A stretch of DNA of 61,679 bases, filler included, from Rhabdomonas costata (GCA_019059605.1; 18 parts of 18 records of this genome joined end to end with filler, not necessarily neighbours in it); one strand, 5' to 3'. Shown: positions 1-13,300, numbered from the whole stretch's first letter. Notes: generated by a model from the sequence alone, not told the origin. A program made the numbers and translations.

Positions 1-116
1 TTTCTGTTGAAAAAGGCAGAAACCCAGTATAGTGGTCCAATGGCAGTCTCCGGGATAAAAGCAGCATTTTTTCCGATTCCCTTTTTATCCCTTCGCTTTC
101 TTCGCGGTGATCTCAG

Positions 117-437
117 GCGGAAGACGGAGCTCAGCTCCGCGGCGGTCGCGTACAAGAGCAAGATCACGGAGCACCAGAGCCGGCTGCGCACGGAGCAGCT
201 TCAGGTGTGCCGGTCGCTGTATTGTGGGGGTCCTCACGGCTGTGAGCGCAATGGACCCCGTGCTTGCTCTTTGCTTGTGTGTGTGTGTGTGTGTGTGTGC
301 CGGCGTTGTAGGCTCGTTTTCACCGTATGCGCGTGCACAGATTGCACGCAGAAAGGAGACTCACCTGGAGGAGCTGGTGCAGCAAGTGGTGAAGTACCTC
401 GAACATGGCTACCGTGTGCAGAAGGTCCCCAGCAAAG
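117..437 (+). CDS. Partial spliced gene: coiled-coil protein, possibly running into a PH-like domain
   Basis: Exons 117-204 (RKTELSSAAVAYKSKITEHQSRLRTEQLQ) and 341-437 (IARRKETHLEELVQQVVKYLEHGYRVQKVPSK) join in frame across GT-AG intron 205-340. Codons are GC3-rich. Confidence 0.6.
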
Positions 438-864
438 GTGTGGATGTACCGCTGAGACCTTCGGAGGTCCTGGCAAATAATTGTCGAGGTTTGGTGGCAT
501 CGTATTCCAGTTCTCCTTACTCCTCTTCACCTCGTCCGATCCCCTCCCCCTCCCCCTCCCCCAAACGGGTGGGTAACGACCCTTTAGTAAAGGAACATAC
601 ATTGCAAGCGAACGGTGGTAGACAATCGTGAAAGAGCATCAACGGCAGCCAAAATGGCGGTTCTTTTTCATCTCCATTTCTCTTCCTTGTAACAAATCGA
701 ATGAGCCACCAGAATGTCTTAAAATGGATTATAGCTTTTGCATTCTGAGACCTGTTCGCAGGTGCCTGGCTTCTCTCAAAACTACCTTGCGAGCGATGCG
801 GACAACAACCCAACCAGGGCTCCACACAACGAAAGTCAAGAAAAACTAAAAAAAAGGCGGAAAC

Positions 865-3099
865 CTGAAACCGGTGCTTATCGGCCGCCACGGTGGCCCC
901 ATCCAAAGGAGGTGCAAGCACCAGCCGGGTGAAGATCTCCAGCACAAGCTCGGGGATGACGCTGGCAGGCCCGGATGGCCGCAGCTGCATCAGGGCCACC
1001 GCGATGGAGTGAAACCGAACGCTCTGAAGGAGACAGTTGGAAGAATGCAAGGCCATTACAGCATCGAAACTGATCTGCGGCACGAAGACATTCCGGCAAC
1101 ACTTCAAGTGCACCTTTTCGCGCCTCTTTTCCTGCGGCAGCATAGGAGCATGCTCACTCACGAAGAAAATGTCTCAATGCCTCCGGAATACGCCCAACAA
1201 ACCCACCTCCGTTGTGGGAAAACTCATGGACCTGCAGACAAGCTTGGGCTGCTGGCCTGCCCGTGACGCACAGGAGCATCGTGAGCAAGTCGTGGAGCAC
1301 CGCCACGGTAACTCGGTTGGTGAAGGTCTCGCTGTGAGTAACCTGTGTGCCCCCACCCCCCAAAAGACCCAACGTCATAGAGCCACGAGGGAAGTCCAAG
1401 CAAGGATCATTCGGGCTTGTGAGGTCAGAGGGGTATGCAGAACACTTATGCACGTAATAGCCTGCCTGTCTTCAAGCGCAAACCTTCCCACCATATGCCC
1501 TGACAGCTGCCCTGACGCCATTGCGGTAACGCATTATTATTATACATTCTCGTTGACAACCTCAGACGTTGGCGGGAGGGGAGGGAGATAGGCTAATACC
1601 ATCCACTGCAGCTCCACAAAGATCAGATCAAAGAGGTTGTCCCTCAGGGTGGTGGCGTGTGCGAAGGCCGCGGCGTTGGGGAGGCCCAGGCCCCCGGTGG
1701 CGGCAGCAGAACCGGCGCCGCCCCGCGCTCCCCCCTTCGGATTGCCGTGGTCCACGACCATTACCACACGCAGCAAAAGCATCCGCAGCAGCAGCATCGC
1801 CCGGCGGGCTATGGAGCTGCGGGTAATCTGAAAGAGCGGGAGAGAGAGATGGTGCCGGTTGTCCTTTTGGTACCACACAAGAGAGCATATAACACAGGAA
1901 GGTTCAAGTTCACCAGATATGACAGATGACAATGACAATGATATTGATATTCAGGTATTGAGCACTGAGCGCCCATTGGACCCCTGAGGGCAACTGAGCC
2001 ATGAGGGCTGGCACTATGCACCATGCACAGCATGATAAGGACGAAACATGCCTCGTCCCCTCTCACCCGCTCTGCGACAACATTGGCTTCCAGATCCGTC
2101 GCGACCCCGCCGCCCGTGGCCACGAGAGAGAGGGCGACTCTTCCCTCCGGTTCTTTCATGAGGTGTCTCCTTCTGAGACAGGGACAAGACTGTGCTGCGT
2201 TTTCTGCCCTTCCAGGACCGGCCTCTTGGCGTCTTCGACCACAAAAAGTCAGTCAAGACCCACAAAAAGCACACCGCATAGGGATACGATGTCAAGAGCA
2301 AACGGCAGCGAGGGCATGGTACGGCAGTCCCAGGTCTGTTAAGGTCTGTGTTCTTTAAGATTTGAGATCCTGAGTGAGGAAAAATCAGTGCAGGGGTGCA
2401 ATCTATTCTAGGCAGCAGGGAAACGGGAACCTTGGAATCCGTCTCGCGATGCAGGTACAGCATCGGAATCAGGTGCCTCCAAAACCCAGTCTCCAGGAAC
2501 ACGTATAGGTCCCCAGCTTTGAAAGAGGTCAACGCCAGGTCCAGGATCAGCCCAATCCAGCCCTCCTGGAGGAGATATGAATGAGCCGGAACGAAACAAG
2601 AAGCGAGCAGGGGGGACGGGGTGGGGGTGACCAAAGCAGCTTTCAATGTGGCGACTGAGCAGAAGTATTTAAAGGGCCCAAATTTGTATGAAGCATGACG
2701 GAACGAGTCGATGGGAGTCGGACAACTACAGAGTGTGTGGGCAATAAAGAAGGATGTGGTCAGGAGCTGCCAGAAAGCTTTTGAGGATGGATGCTGCTTC
2801 TTTTTCGGAAGTAGCACATCATGGTGCTTGACGGAGCTAGGGTGGGAGGTTTCCCCATCCAATAAAATCGGCGGCTACCACGATGAAGAGATAAAAAAGG
2901 GAGGTGGGGTGGGGTTGGATGCTATGGTGGGCAAGCGCACAGAGAGGCTTTCGCACCTTGTCATCCTCCATAGCACGGAAGTAGCCACTGTACAGGTGCA
3001 AGCTCTGCATCTCAGAGGTCAGCAGGGAATCCGCAAAGAGCTGCCCCAGGAGCCGTCCCAGTGCCTTGGTGAGCCCGGCCGACTGGGCTGGGCCAGCGC
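865..3099 (-). CDS. Partial multi-exon gene, helical protein of unknown function
   Basis: Seven exons: 3099-2957, 2565-2431, 2335-2275, 2071-2022, 1827-1600, 1342-1232, 1023-865. All are bounded by AG/GT with compatible phases and give one open frame (...FALDIVSLCERVRGDEACFVLIMLCMITRSSIARRAMLLLRMLLLRV...). Confidence 0.7.
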
Positions 3100-3335
3100 C
3101 TGCCCCACCAGAGACACAAACAGATCTTTATCACTCTGCAAACTCTATGGGCCCAAGATGGCAGTTATGAGCATTCAGCAGGTCGGCAGAAAAGAGGCGC
3201 TGGTTAAGGCGGAATCCGTTGGCCACCAAGTGCTTGTTAAAAGCAAAAAACAAAAGACCAAAACTGAAATCACGAGTAGCGGAGGAAAATCTTACATGAA
3301 AATTGGTTCACAAAAACACCACACACACCCCACAC

Positions 3336-3435
3336 NNNNNNNNNNNNNNNNNNNNNNNNNNNNNNNNNNNNNNNNNNNNTTAATTAATTAANNNNNNNNN
3401 NNNNNNNNNNNNNNNNNNNNNNNNNNNNNNNNNNN
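3336..3435. other. Artificial contig linker (N-run + TTAATTAATTAA + N-run); first of 17
   Basis: The same 100-nt spacer, with stops in all six frames, recurs at 6766, 10198, 13628, 17057, 20485, 23914, 27346, 30773, 34204, 37630, 41137, 44563, 47989, 51409, 54833 and 58256. Contigs are all about 3.33 kb, so they are size-sorted and neighbours are unrelated. Confidence 0.99.
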
Positions 3436-3995
3436 CTGTTGGAAACCGTTATTGATGTGCGCTACGGATCACTCCGCAATCTCTCCGCACACGCCATGGC
3501 AAAAAAGATTGCTTTTGGAACACCGAAAATTAGCCCGTGGGGTTTCACGGGAGGTGAGAAGGCCTGCGAGATCGCTGTGGCAGAGCTGAGGAGAATCGCG
3601 GACGTGGTCCCCTTTGACAAAAACAACACCGAGCGCCTGGTCCAGACCGCAATGGCCACCCTTAGCTCTAAAATGTTCGTATCTGTGTGATGCGCACTTC
3701 TGCGGATGGCAGGACTTCTCCGAAAAGGCTAGGGGGTGGCAGCCCCGAGATCTTCAATCATGTGGCTTCTCCACGATTTGTTTCTGGTCGTTCCTTGCCA
3801 GCCATTGGTCGGCTTGGTAGACTTGGTAGACTTAGCCGGTGCATCACCCTCCCCTCCACCCCTTCCGACTGTTGGAAACCGTTATTGATGTGCGCTACGG
3901 ATCACTCCGCAATCTCTCCGCACACGCCATGGCAAAAAAGATTGCTTTTGGAACACCGAAAATTAGCCCGTGGGGTTTCACGGGAGGTGAGAAGG
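3436..3995 (+). repeat. 127-bp direct duplication (3436-3562 = 3869-3995)
   Basis: An exact copy of CCT5 intron sequence sits at the contig start, 433 bp upstream of its original. Confidence 0.95.
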
Positions 3996-6602
3996 GCTGC
4001 TCTTGCGATTCAAAATTTCCTCCACCAGTTTTTTTCCGGAAAGTGTGGTTTGTGCTCCCACGTCATGATGGTCCCTCGCCACCCTCGCCACCCTCGTCTG
4101 TTCAGTGTGAATCAGTTCAAGCGGCATCTCGCGGAGGTCTGTGTGAAGGCCGTGATAGCGGTGGCCGACTTGGAGCGCAAGGACGTCAACCTAGAGCTGA
4201 TCAAGGTCGAGGGCAAGACCGGCGGCCGCACCGAGGAGTCCTGCCTCGTGGAGGGCATCGTGCTGGACAAGGACATGAGTCACCCCCAGGTTCGTTTTCA
4301 TCGAAGGCTCAGTCGGAGCTCACCTTTCGTTGACAAAGACGGAGTAGAGCGATGTTGGAAATGGCCAGTGTGCTGATTCGATGTATATGACTTTCGTAGG
4401 GTTAGAGATGTGCACGGTTGGCAACTTCTTTTTCGATGGTAAAAACGTGTTGAAAATACGTGAAAGAAGCGAAACCTCCGATGGGAAGAACGTGAAAAAA
4501 TCCATAAAGCAAGATTGAACGCAAAAAGTATAGTAAAAGTCGACCTTTGGCTTCCGGCGAGGTGGCGGGTCGCGGGGGGGGTCTTATTTCAGTTTTTTTT
4601 CTTTTTCTCTGTTGTTGTCGAAGTGTTGTTTAATATTTAGGGAACACTGTTGTAACACATTTCCGGCATCCTGCAAGGTTTCCGTGGTGAGTCATTTTTG
4701 TTCATGGTGTTGCCTTTCATTACAACCTTACCCTCTGACAAGTCACAAGGTCACACTGTCGAGGTGTTCACATCGCAGTTGACAATACGGCAATGAAAAT
4801 ACGGGTGAGGTGCTTGCTCGCGTGCGCAGATGCCAAGAGAGATCCGGGATGCGAAGATTGCCATCCTGACTTGCCCCTTCGAGCCTCCCAAGCCCAAGAC
4901 CAAGCATAAGGTAGACATCACCACCCCGGAGGAGTACGAGAAGCTGCACGCGCAGGAGCAGGCCTACTTCACGAAGATGGTGAAGCAGTGCAAGGACTCC
5001 GGTGCGCGTGAGTGGAGTAGCGTGTGGAAGGTCCCAAGACGCCAAGAGAGGCGCGGGAAGTGGAATGTGAAGACGTCATGATGGCATCATGGACACGGTG
5101 GGCAACCAAGCCCGTCCACCAGGAAAGCGGGTCCAAGCCCGGAGTGGTTCAAGCTGGATGGCAAGTCTCTCCAGAGGATCGATTGGTTTCAGTTCGTCAG
5201 CGGTTTTCGGTCTACATAGCAAGTTCCAGACTCTATCTTTTCGCTTCCTCGCAAGCCCCCCCCCCCCATCGTTCCGCTCAGGATGCACCTTGGTGCTGTG
5301 CCAGTGGGGGTTTGATGATGAGGCCAACCACCTGCTGATGGCAAACGACCTGCCCGCGATTCGTTGGGTTGGGGGCGTGGAGATTGAGGTTGGTTCCACT
5401 CGTGTGGGGACTTATTCCCACCGCTTTTCGTTTATTTTCATCATCCCTCTTGTCAATGTCTGCTCTCGAGAAGCTTCGTGGTATGTATACTGGGCTGTAC
5501 GTGGCTGTTCGTGGCCGTATGTGTTCCGTTGTCTCTGACTTGATCGCAGCTTCTGGCAATTGCCACGGGGGCGCGGATCGTGCCTCGCTTTGAAGAGCTC
5601 TCCGCGGACAAGCTGGGCAAGGCCGGCCTCGTCCGCGAGGTCTCCTTTGGGACGACCAAGGACAGGCAATGCTCCCCCCCCTGCCGCATGCACTCTGCGC
5701 AGCAGCACTTTTCTGAAAAAATAGGCCTCTTTCCTGCGACACTAGCGAAAAGTTTCGATGGACCCCCACCCAACGCAAGTGCACATTGGTTGCTTGGCCC
5801 GAGACTCTGTGAGGTGTACCTGAGTTGTTTGCATGCTAATGTTTTGTTCTTTAGGATCTTAGGGGTAGAGTGTGGGCTGCTGTTGGTACTGTGCATTTCC
5901 CAACGACGTCCCAATGACGTCGCGATCTCAGAAAAATAGTCCGGTCTTCCTAAGTTGCCTTCTTCCCGCGTTTGCGCAGGATGGTGTTCATCGAGGGCTG
6001 TGCCAACACCAAGGCGGTGACTATCTTCGTCCGAGGAGGAAACAAGATGGTAGGACTGGATGTGGGGACAGAAGATTTGTGAGTTTCCTGAGGCACAGCA
6101 AGTAGAGGGGTCAGGTGGCTTCGGAACGTTACAGGAAATTATCGGTGCGTGAGTTCCTTAACCGAATCACAGGAAACGGCTGCGCGCTGGTCCTTGCACC
6201 CCAGGTAACCAGGCCAATCACTTCCAGTTCTTATGTATATTGTGCAACGTTGTACCGCTTCTTGCCCACTGCAGCCCGAGGGTTTGACGGGGGCATCCAC
6301 AACTAAGGGAAAAGCAAAAAAGGATGTAAAATAAAAAGTATTCATGCCCCAGTTGAGGGCTTCTGCTGTCTTAATGTCGTGTACAGTTGTGCCGCTGGGA
6401 TTCTTCTTCCAGCCGGAGATGGCCCTCCCGCCCGCCCTATGTCGTGGTGCGTGCGTACGCACAGATCGTGGAAGAGTCCAAGCGCAGTATCCATGACGCC
6501 CTGTGCGTTGTCCGCAACCTGGTCCGAGACAACCGCATTGTGTACGGCGGAGGCTCCACAGAGATAGCCGCCAGCCTGGCGGTACAGGCGGAGGCCTTGA
6601 AG
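3556..6602 (+). CDS. CCT5: T-complex protein 1 subunit epsilon (chaperonin CCT5), internal part
   Basis: Exons ~3556-3674, 4106-4289, 4830-5001, 5282-5388, 5550-5665, 5980-6049, 6465-6602. They splice in frame to [86 protein letters not shown], which are CCT5-specific motifs. Confidence 0.97.
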
Positions 6603-7155
6603 GTGTGGTCCCCCAAAATGCCTCCCCCGAATTGTCAAAGATAGCTGGGAATCTCCTTTTTTCCAAGGCGATGCAACAATAATTTACAGAAAGAGCTAAA
6701 GCTGCAGAATAGGCAGCATTGACGAGAAAGGTGCGAGCATGAGAGAAACAAGATTACAAACAACCNNNNNNNNNNNNNNNNNNNNNNNNNNNNNNNNNNN
6801 NNNNNNNNNTTAATTAATTAANNNNNNNNNNNNNNNNNNNNNNNNNNNNNNNNNNNNNNNNNNNNTGTGTTGCTGGAAGGTTGAGGGTGTTTTGTAGGAG
6901 GACGCCGGTAATTCCTTTGCCCCGAAAAGAACTTTCAAACCATTCCCTTTTTTGGGCCCATCATTGAGGTGGTGACTCCCCTCCCGTCCTTTTTCTTTTG
7001 TGTCACCAGAACTGATCCGGGACCAGAAAAAAAAGTGAGAGGCAATGCTCCGCCCAAGACCGCACTGGGAATTAGCTCTCCTCATTCTTTCAAAAATCGT
7101 GACAAGAAAGAATCAGACAAAGCAGGTGAGCTCTGCGATAAAAACAAACCGTAAT

Positions 7156-8064
7156 TCATACCACCGTAAGGTTGAGGGTCCGAAACCCTTGGTGGGCCGC
7201 GGTGTGCGCTGGATGTATGCGGTTCATCTCGGCTTGAAGATGACGGAGCTTCGTTTCCATCGCACGTTCCTTGTTCACCGCCCGGGCCATCTCCCCGGTT
7301 GTCTTGTAAAGCTTGTGCTTGGTCTGCGACAGCTCCTGCTCCAGGCTGCTCAGCCGCGCAAGAAGCCCCGCCGTGCTCGGACCCTCCGAACTGCCTGTGC
7401 TGGGCCTGTGCGGAGGATGCTGCGGCTGGGGCTGCTTCAGCGGAGGCGGAGTGCTTGGGGAGCTCGTGGAACGGGCGGAGGTCGGCTCCCCCTCCGGCAT
7501 CATGGGGAACTCCTTGTCCATCTCGTCCGCCCAGGAGGTGATGGTGTCCATCGAGATGTCCATGCTGGGGTTCAGCTCCAGCTTCGTTGGGGTCTCCTCG
7601 ACCACCGACGATGCACTGGCGGACAACGGGCAGCGCTCCTCCAAGCTCTCCAGGGAGACGGTGGTCACCGGAGCACAGGGAGGGCTACTCGCTGCCGCTG
7701 CTTTCGCTGCGGGTGATGGTGGAACTTGCACTGCGGCGGTAGGGTAGAGGGCGGGGCTGGGGGCAGCGGAGCGCACGGGTGGATAGCCCATGGTCTCTGC
7801 CTTCAGCCCCGCCATCAGGCCGGCCCACTGCTCCATACTCAGCAGACCCTCCTCCAGCAGCCGGGCCAGCTCCTTCACCCGCTTGTTGGGCTTCAGGCTC
7901 ATCTTGCACTGCTCTCCTGCCTTGCACACCCACTGCTCTGGGGTCCCGGGTAGCCTTTCCAGGAACTCCACCTGGCGCTTCTTCCCGTGGCGGACGCACA
8001 CCTCGACCACTTCGGCGTTTTCCATATTGCACGGCGTGGACGTGGGTTCAGATTGGAAAAACAT
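7156..8064 (-). CDS. Single-exon protein: CxxH...CxxxxxC zinc finger, SHOCT-like helix pair, Pro/Ser linker, C-terminal coiled coil
   Basis: 302-aa ORF with GC3-rich codons. Motifs are CVRHGKKR-x14-WVCKAGEQC, VKELARLLEEGLLSMEQW and the heptads LLARLSSLEQELSQTKHKL. A pyrimidine tract plus AG lies just upstream (8075-8076). Confidence 0.75.
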   Translation of the reverse strand: MFFQSEPTSTPCNMENAEVVEVCVRHGKKRQVEFLERLPGTPEQWVCKAGEQCKMSLKPNKRVKELARLLEEGLLSMEQWAGLMAGLKAETMGYPPVRSAAPSPALYPTAAVQVPPSPAAKAAAASSPPCAPVTTVSLESLEERCPLSASASSVVEETPTKLELNPSMDISMDTITSWADEMDKEFPMMPEGEPTSARSTSSPSTPPPLKQPQPQHPPHRPSTGSSEGPSTAGLLARLSSLEQELSQTKHKLYKTTGEMARAVNKERAMETKLRHLQAEMNRIHPAHTAAHQGFRTLNLTVV

Positions 8065-10391
8065 GCGGCCGACACTGAGAGAGAAGATTGGGCGGAGGAA
8101 GTAATTCCTTGTCCTTTATTCGGTGTTCAGGTATCACGAATGCGAAGGACGAGGAAAACGCATTTATGCGTCAACTTGCGCAGGGTGCAGGAGACTCTGG
8201 GTTTTTTGTGAAGAAAAAAGGAATTGGGTTGCTCACGGTGAGTTGATATTTCTCGGACACCTTGAGCTGCGTTAAAGTGTTTAGCAATTTTTGTGATCCA
8301 CCGCCCACTCGTGGGCTGCACTCCGATGCAGTGGCGTTCGGGGAAAGTAATACTCCATCAGCGTTTTCAAACAACATCAATAGCTAGGAACCTGGACCTG
8401 GACACGGTTAAAGCTAAAACCCCACCCCACCATGCCTTCCATAATCGTGCTGCGGCGGTGCTGAACTGACACCCACACAACTTGAAGTTTGGTTCGCAAA
8501 CTGACCCCCAGCGCAAAAAGAAAACGATCCACTCCGATGGCACGATGGGACTGCCCGAAGCCCCGAAGGAGCACACGAGCAGCACAAAAAGAAGGTGGAG
8601 GAGTGGAATGTCTGAGGATGGAAAGCTGGGTCACCCCACAATCTCACCTGAACCATGTTCCGATTGATTGCGCACGCACGCCTATGACCACAAGCAAGGG
8701 TGGACTACCAAATGCTTGACGCCCCGCGCATCGCAGAGCGCCAAGAAAACCAAGAAGGAAAACAGGAAAGAGGAATGAAAGTGACAAGCTGAAAGGGAAC
8801 CCCAGCCGAAACAGTCCAATGAAGACCTGCGCGGCTGGACCACCAGGAAAGTAAACGACATACGAGTACGATTGAACGGCACGAATGGTCGCAACCCCGT
8901 GAGAAGACTGCACCCATCAGTACAGTGTCTTGCGCTGCCAACTAATGCCTCAGGGGGTCGGACCAACCAGCAACCAGTTGAAAAGTGAAGAGGACGCAAA
9001 ACGATGCCGGAGCAACATAATCAAACCAGTAGACTTTTCCTTCCTTCTCTCTTGGGAGGAAAGGGAGGACGGGGGACTAGCAGAATTCCATGCCGTGGGT
9101 CACCGTGGGGTCGGGAATTCCACGGCCGTGGCCTTCTCGAATCCGTCGTCTCTCAACAACTCCCCGCCCATGAAAAGCTGCGGCCCCAATACGCTCTGAG
9201 TCCCACAATGAGGAAATACAGCCTGGCTCTGGCCCTCCATGAAGGCACTTGCCACCGTTGAGAGAACAGCAGGAGCCAGGCTGAAGTACAAGTGAGAACT
9301 CAGAGGAGGGTCGAAAGTTCACGGAACCGCACCATAGCAATGATGCAGAACGTGGTGGTGGTGGTGGTGGGGTGGTGCAAGACACACACCCCACCCAGAA
9401 AGACACGGGCACGGTCGCGGATGCAGACACGCATACAAGCACACAATATGAGGGGCAACCGTCAGACAGGAAAGCAGACTTCAACTTCAAAAAAATTGAG
9501 TCTACGACGCACAGACGGCATGCACGCACAAAAGCCCCCTCTGGTTGGCCGCTGTTGGCCACCGAAGCCACGAGGATTGCTATGTCCAATGGAGCCAAGG
9601 CCCACTGTAAAACTGTAAAAATCCTCACAATGTGCTCAAGCCTATCGGCAACTTATCGGCTGAACTGCCTGGGAAAGGAAGCGGGGCTGCTGTAGGTCTC
9701 CGGGGGAAGGATTCGACCGCCGGTGCGGTCCGGGAAGGGCAGGGATTGCCCGCTGTCGCGTCTGAAAGGTCGGACAGCACCCCCATAACAGCAAAAGGAA
9801 ATTTCCTCCCATGCGGTGTTCCCTAAACACCGTCAAACTCAGGGAGGGGGGCATAGTTGTATGGCATTGAGTCACGTCAACGTCTGACAGCACCCAACCT
9901 GAGCACCAAACTAACTCGCCCTGCCTCTAGCCAAACCACGGCACTCAGTCTCACGTAGTCACGTGAAAAAAAACACCACCAATTTCCCTACAACCAACCA
10001 ACCAACCAACAAGTTAATAAGAGAGACACAAAAGACCGGTGGAGACCGGGTGAGACCGGTGGAGTATCGGCCAAGGAGGAAAAATAATCAGAGCCAAGGC
10101 CACGGGAAACCAAACAAAACGGACTTCCTCCAGAACAAAGCAAATCAATCCAAAGCACATTCTGCCTCATATACGCGCTGGAGCAAAACAAAAAAAANNN
10201 NNNNNNNNNNNNNNNNNNNNNNNNNNNNNNNNNNNNNNNNNTTAATTAATTAANNNNNNNNNNNNNNNNNNNNNNNNNNNNNNNNNNNNNNNNNNNNGGT
10301 GGTGGGGTGTCAACTTGACTTGGTTCCAAATGTCTCTTTCCTTCCCTTCCTTTCATGATTCTACTACTTTCACTCCTACGGTTTCTTCCAG

Positions 10392-13300
10392 CTTGACTTC
10401 GACAGTAACCCCGACTCCGACCTTGACACCCAGCTGCTCATGTTCCATTTCCGCAACACCTTCGTTCACATGGAAACGCAGCCCCACGTCCTCTCTTTCC
10501 CTTTCTTCCTTTTCGAAGTCCCCTTCCGTTTCACACTCAGCCCACCGTTCAGTTTCACTGTCATGCACCAGGTCCATCTCGCGAACACGCACAAGGACGC
10601 TGACGTTGACCCCAACAAGAACAATGTCTCAAGGTCCAACACCCACCTTCAGTGATTCCGCCAGCTTGAGCGGAAGCTGGCATCGCACTCTATCAGATTC
10701 TTCGTCATTTTCACCATCAATTACCACAACTACGTCCTCTACTGCTACAACCTCCGCGTCCTCGGCTTCCTTGACGCCCACTGTCTCGGAATCAAGAACA
10801 CTGTCGGTCTCACTTTCCTTTACCTTTACAACGTCGTTGTCGAGTTCTTTGTCATCGTCTTGGACATTTTCTTCTACTGATGTGGCTTCTCTCTCCTCGT
10901 CGAAAACGTCGTCCTTAAGTTTCTCCTGCTCACCAACCATGAGCAAGAGCATTACGTTGTCATTATCCAAGGGCTCCAGCGCTTCCACGACAAGATCCTC
11001 CTCCCGATCATACACGCCATATTCCTCACTTTCGGCTTCCTCAACCTGCTCTCACACAGTTTCGTTCACGCAGAGCGCTTCATATGCTTCCACCGCTTCA
11101 GCTACGTCGACCCTCACTCCGTCATTGTCGCCTTCCCCCACCTCCGTTTCGCAAACCCTGACGCGTACCTCAGGCTTCAGCGTGTCCTTATCTCGAACGC
11201 TGTCGCCCACAACATCGGTTTTGGTTACCAAATCACTGTCACGAACTCTAAGCTGGTCGAGGCTTTCTTCCCTTTCAACCTCTAATTCAGGGTCGTTTTC
11301 GCCAACCTCCTCCGTAACTGCGTCTGTCAGTGGGACTGCAAGTTCCACAATGTCGACGCTCACTGTTACCCCTTCACCATTAGCGACGACGTCCACTTCG
11401 CTGACACCTTCGTCGGCAACGCTGTCTTTATCACAATCAGGGCTCTCAAGCCTGACGACAAGTGCGACGTTTTCATTTTCTTCCACTTTGTCGCAAAGCC
11501 TTTCACCCTCCAAAACCACCGGTACTGCTACATCAACAGCCACCCAGTCGGGCAGCACTCCACCAACTGTTACTCACAACCTTTCGCCCACACCATCCTG
11601 TAGTGCTGTCCCGACCAAGACTTTTTCTCTTTCTTCCTCTGCGTCATTCTCGAATAAGCCCAGCTTCACTTTGAGCTCTTCCTTCTCAGCTTCAGTGTCA
11701 CCAACAGGTAGTCTTTCAACTTTTACTTCTTCTTTCACCTTATCGCCAACAGCTTCTGTGCTTCAGCATACTCCCACCTCGACAAGAACAAACACGCCCT
11801 CAGTATCGGTTTCTTTTTCTCAGAGTTTGACTCTTTCCTGTTCAAAGACGGAGCACAAAACTGCTTCTTTTTCTCGCAGCAACACTATGTTCCCGAGCAT
11901 TTCTGCTTCTCACACCTCGACACCGACCGTGACGGACAGTCCCACTCCTTCAGGGTCTCAATCGCCCTCTCCTCCCCCAAGCCGATCTCCTTCAATCACC
12001 TTTTCAAAGTCGCCGCCTTGCAGCGGAACGATAACTGGTTCACGTACCTCCACCTTCACAAACTCATTATCGCCCAGCTTCACAAGAACTTTGTCCAAAT
12101 CATTGTCCCACACTTTTTCTTGCTCAGCTTTGTCCACGATTACACGGACACCGTCTATCCGGGCCACGTCGTCCATTTCGCGATCCAGTTCTCTCACCCG
12201 CACCAGCTCAAGAACAGAGACCCTGTCCCGCTCAGGCACTAACACTGCTTCATATTCATTCTCCTCGTCACGCTCGGACACACTCACGTTTTCTCAGTCG
12301 CCAAGCCCAACTCGCTCGTGTACATGTTCGGGATCGCTGACGCTGAGTCAGACTTATTCACGAAGCCTCTCTGCAACCGAAAGTTTTTCTTCCATAAGTG
12401 GAACCAGTTCCAAATCCTCATCCAAGTCTTCCAGTGGCTCCTCTTCTGAAACCTCCAGTGAGTCAAATTCCATCAGCCTTTCCTCAGCATCCATGTCACC
12501 TACGTGTTCCCGGAGTACCTCCACTTCGCCCAGCAGATCGCAGTCATCCACGTCTTCAAAGAGTTTCCCACTCACAAAGAGCTTGAGCCCGTCATGGACC
12601 CCTTCTCCTCGGCCGACTCCCAGTATCAGTCCTACTACATCCTCTTCTGTGAAACGGAGCGTGTCTGTTTCCAATACCTCTCCAGCAACACGTTCACCAA
12701 CTTTCACTGGATCTGTGACCCAGAGCCCCACTCTCACCGTTTCCAGCTCACTGTCGCCTTCAGATGTGCTTACCTCTTCACTCACGGCTACCTCAACCGT
12801 AACAAACGCGCCGACGTTTACCCGGACTTTCTCGGTGACCTCCACGAAAAGTACTTCATTGACTTCCACTGCAACCTGCTCTCGGACGGGTAGTTTCTCC
12901 TTCACACTAAGTGGCTCGCAATCCTTTCAATGTTCGCGCTCGTCAAGCCTTTCCTTGACTGCAAGTTTCTCTTTGACACCTACATCTACCTCCACTCCTT
13001 CCATGTCGTCTCAGTCCGCATCTCTCACGCAGTCGTGGCGGGGGACTGACACTTTCAGCAAAACCCAAAGTGACTCCACGGTTTCCCTTTCACCTACCCC
13101 CACCTTTCTCCCCTCGGGAACAACGTCGATGTCTAGGTCCTGTTCTCGCAGCTTCTGGACTTCGTCACGTTCCCTTTCCTGTACGAATTCACTGTCCTGT
13201 ACACCCTCGTTGACCTCAACCTCCTCGGACACCGCCACAGCCACGCTCACTGGCTCGCAAACCACAGCTTCCTTGAGTCGCTCAGTGACTCTCTCCGCGT

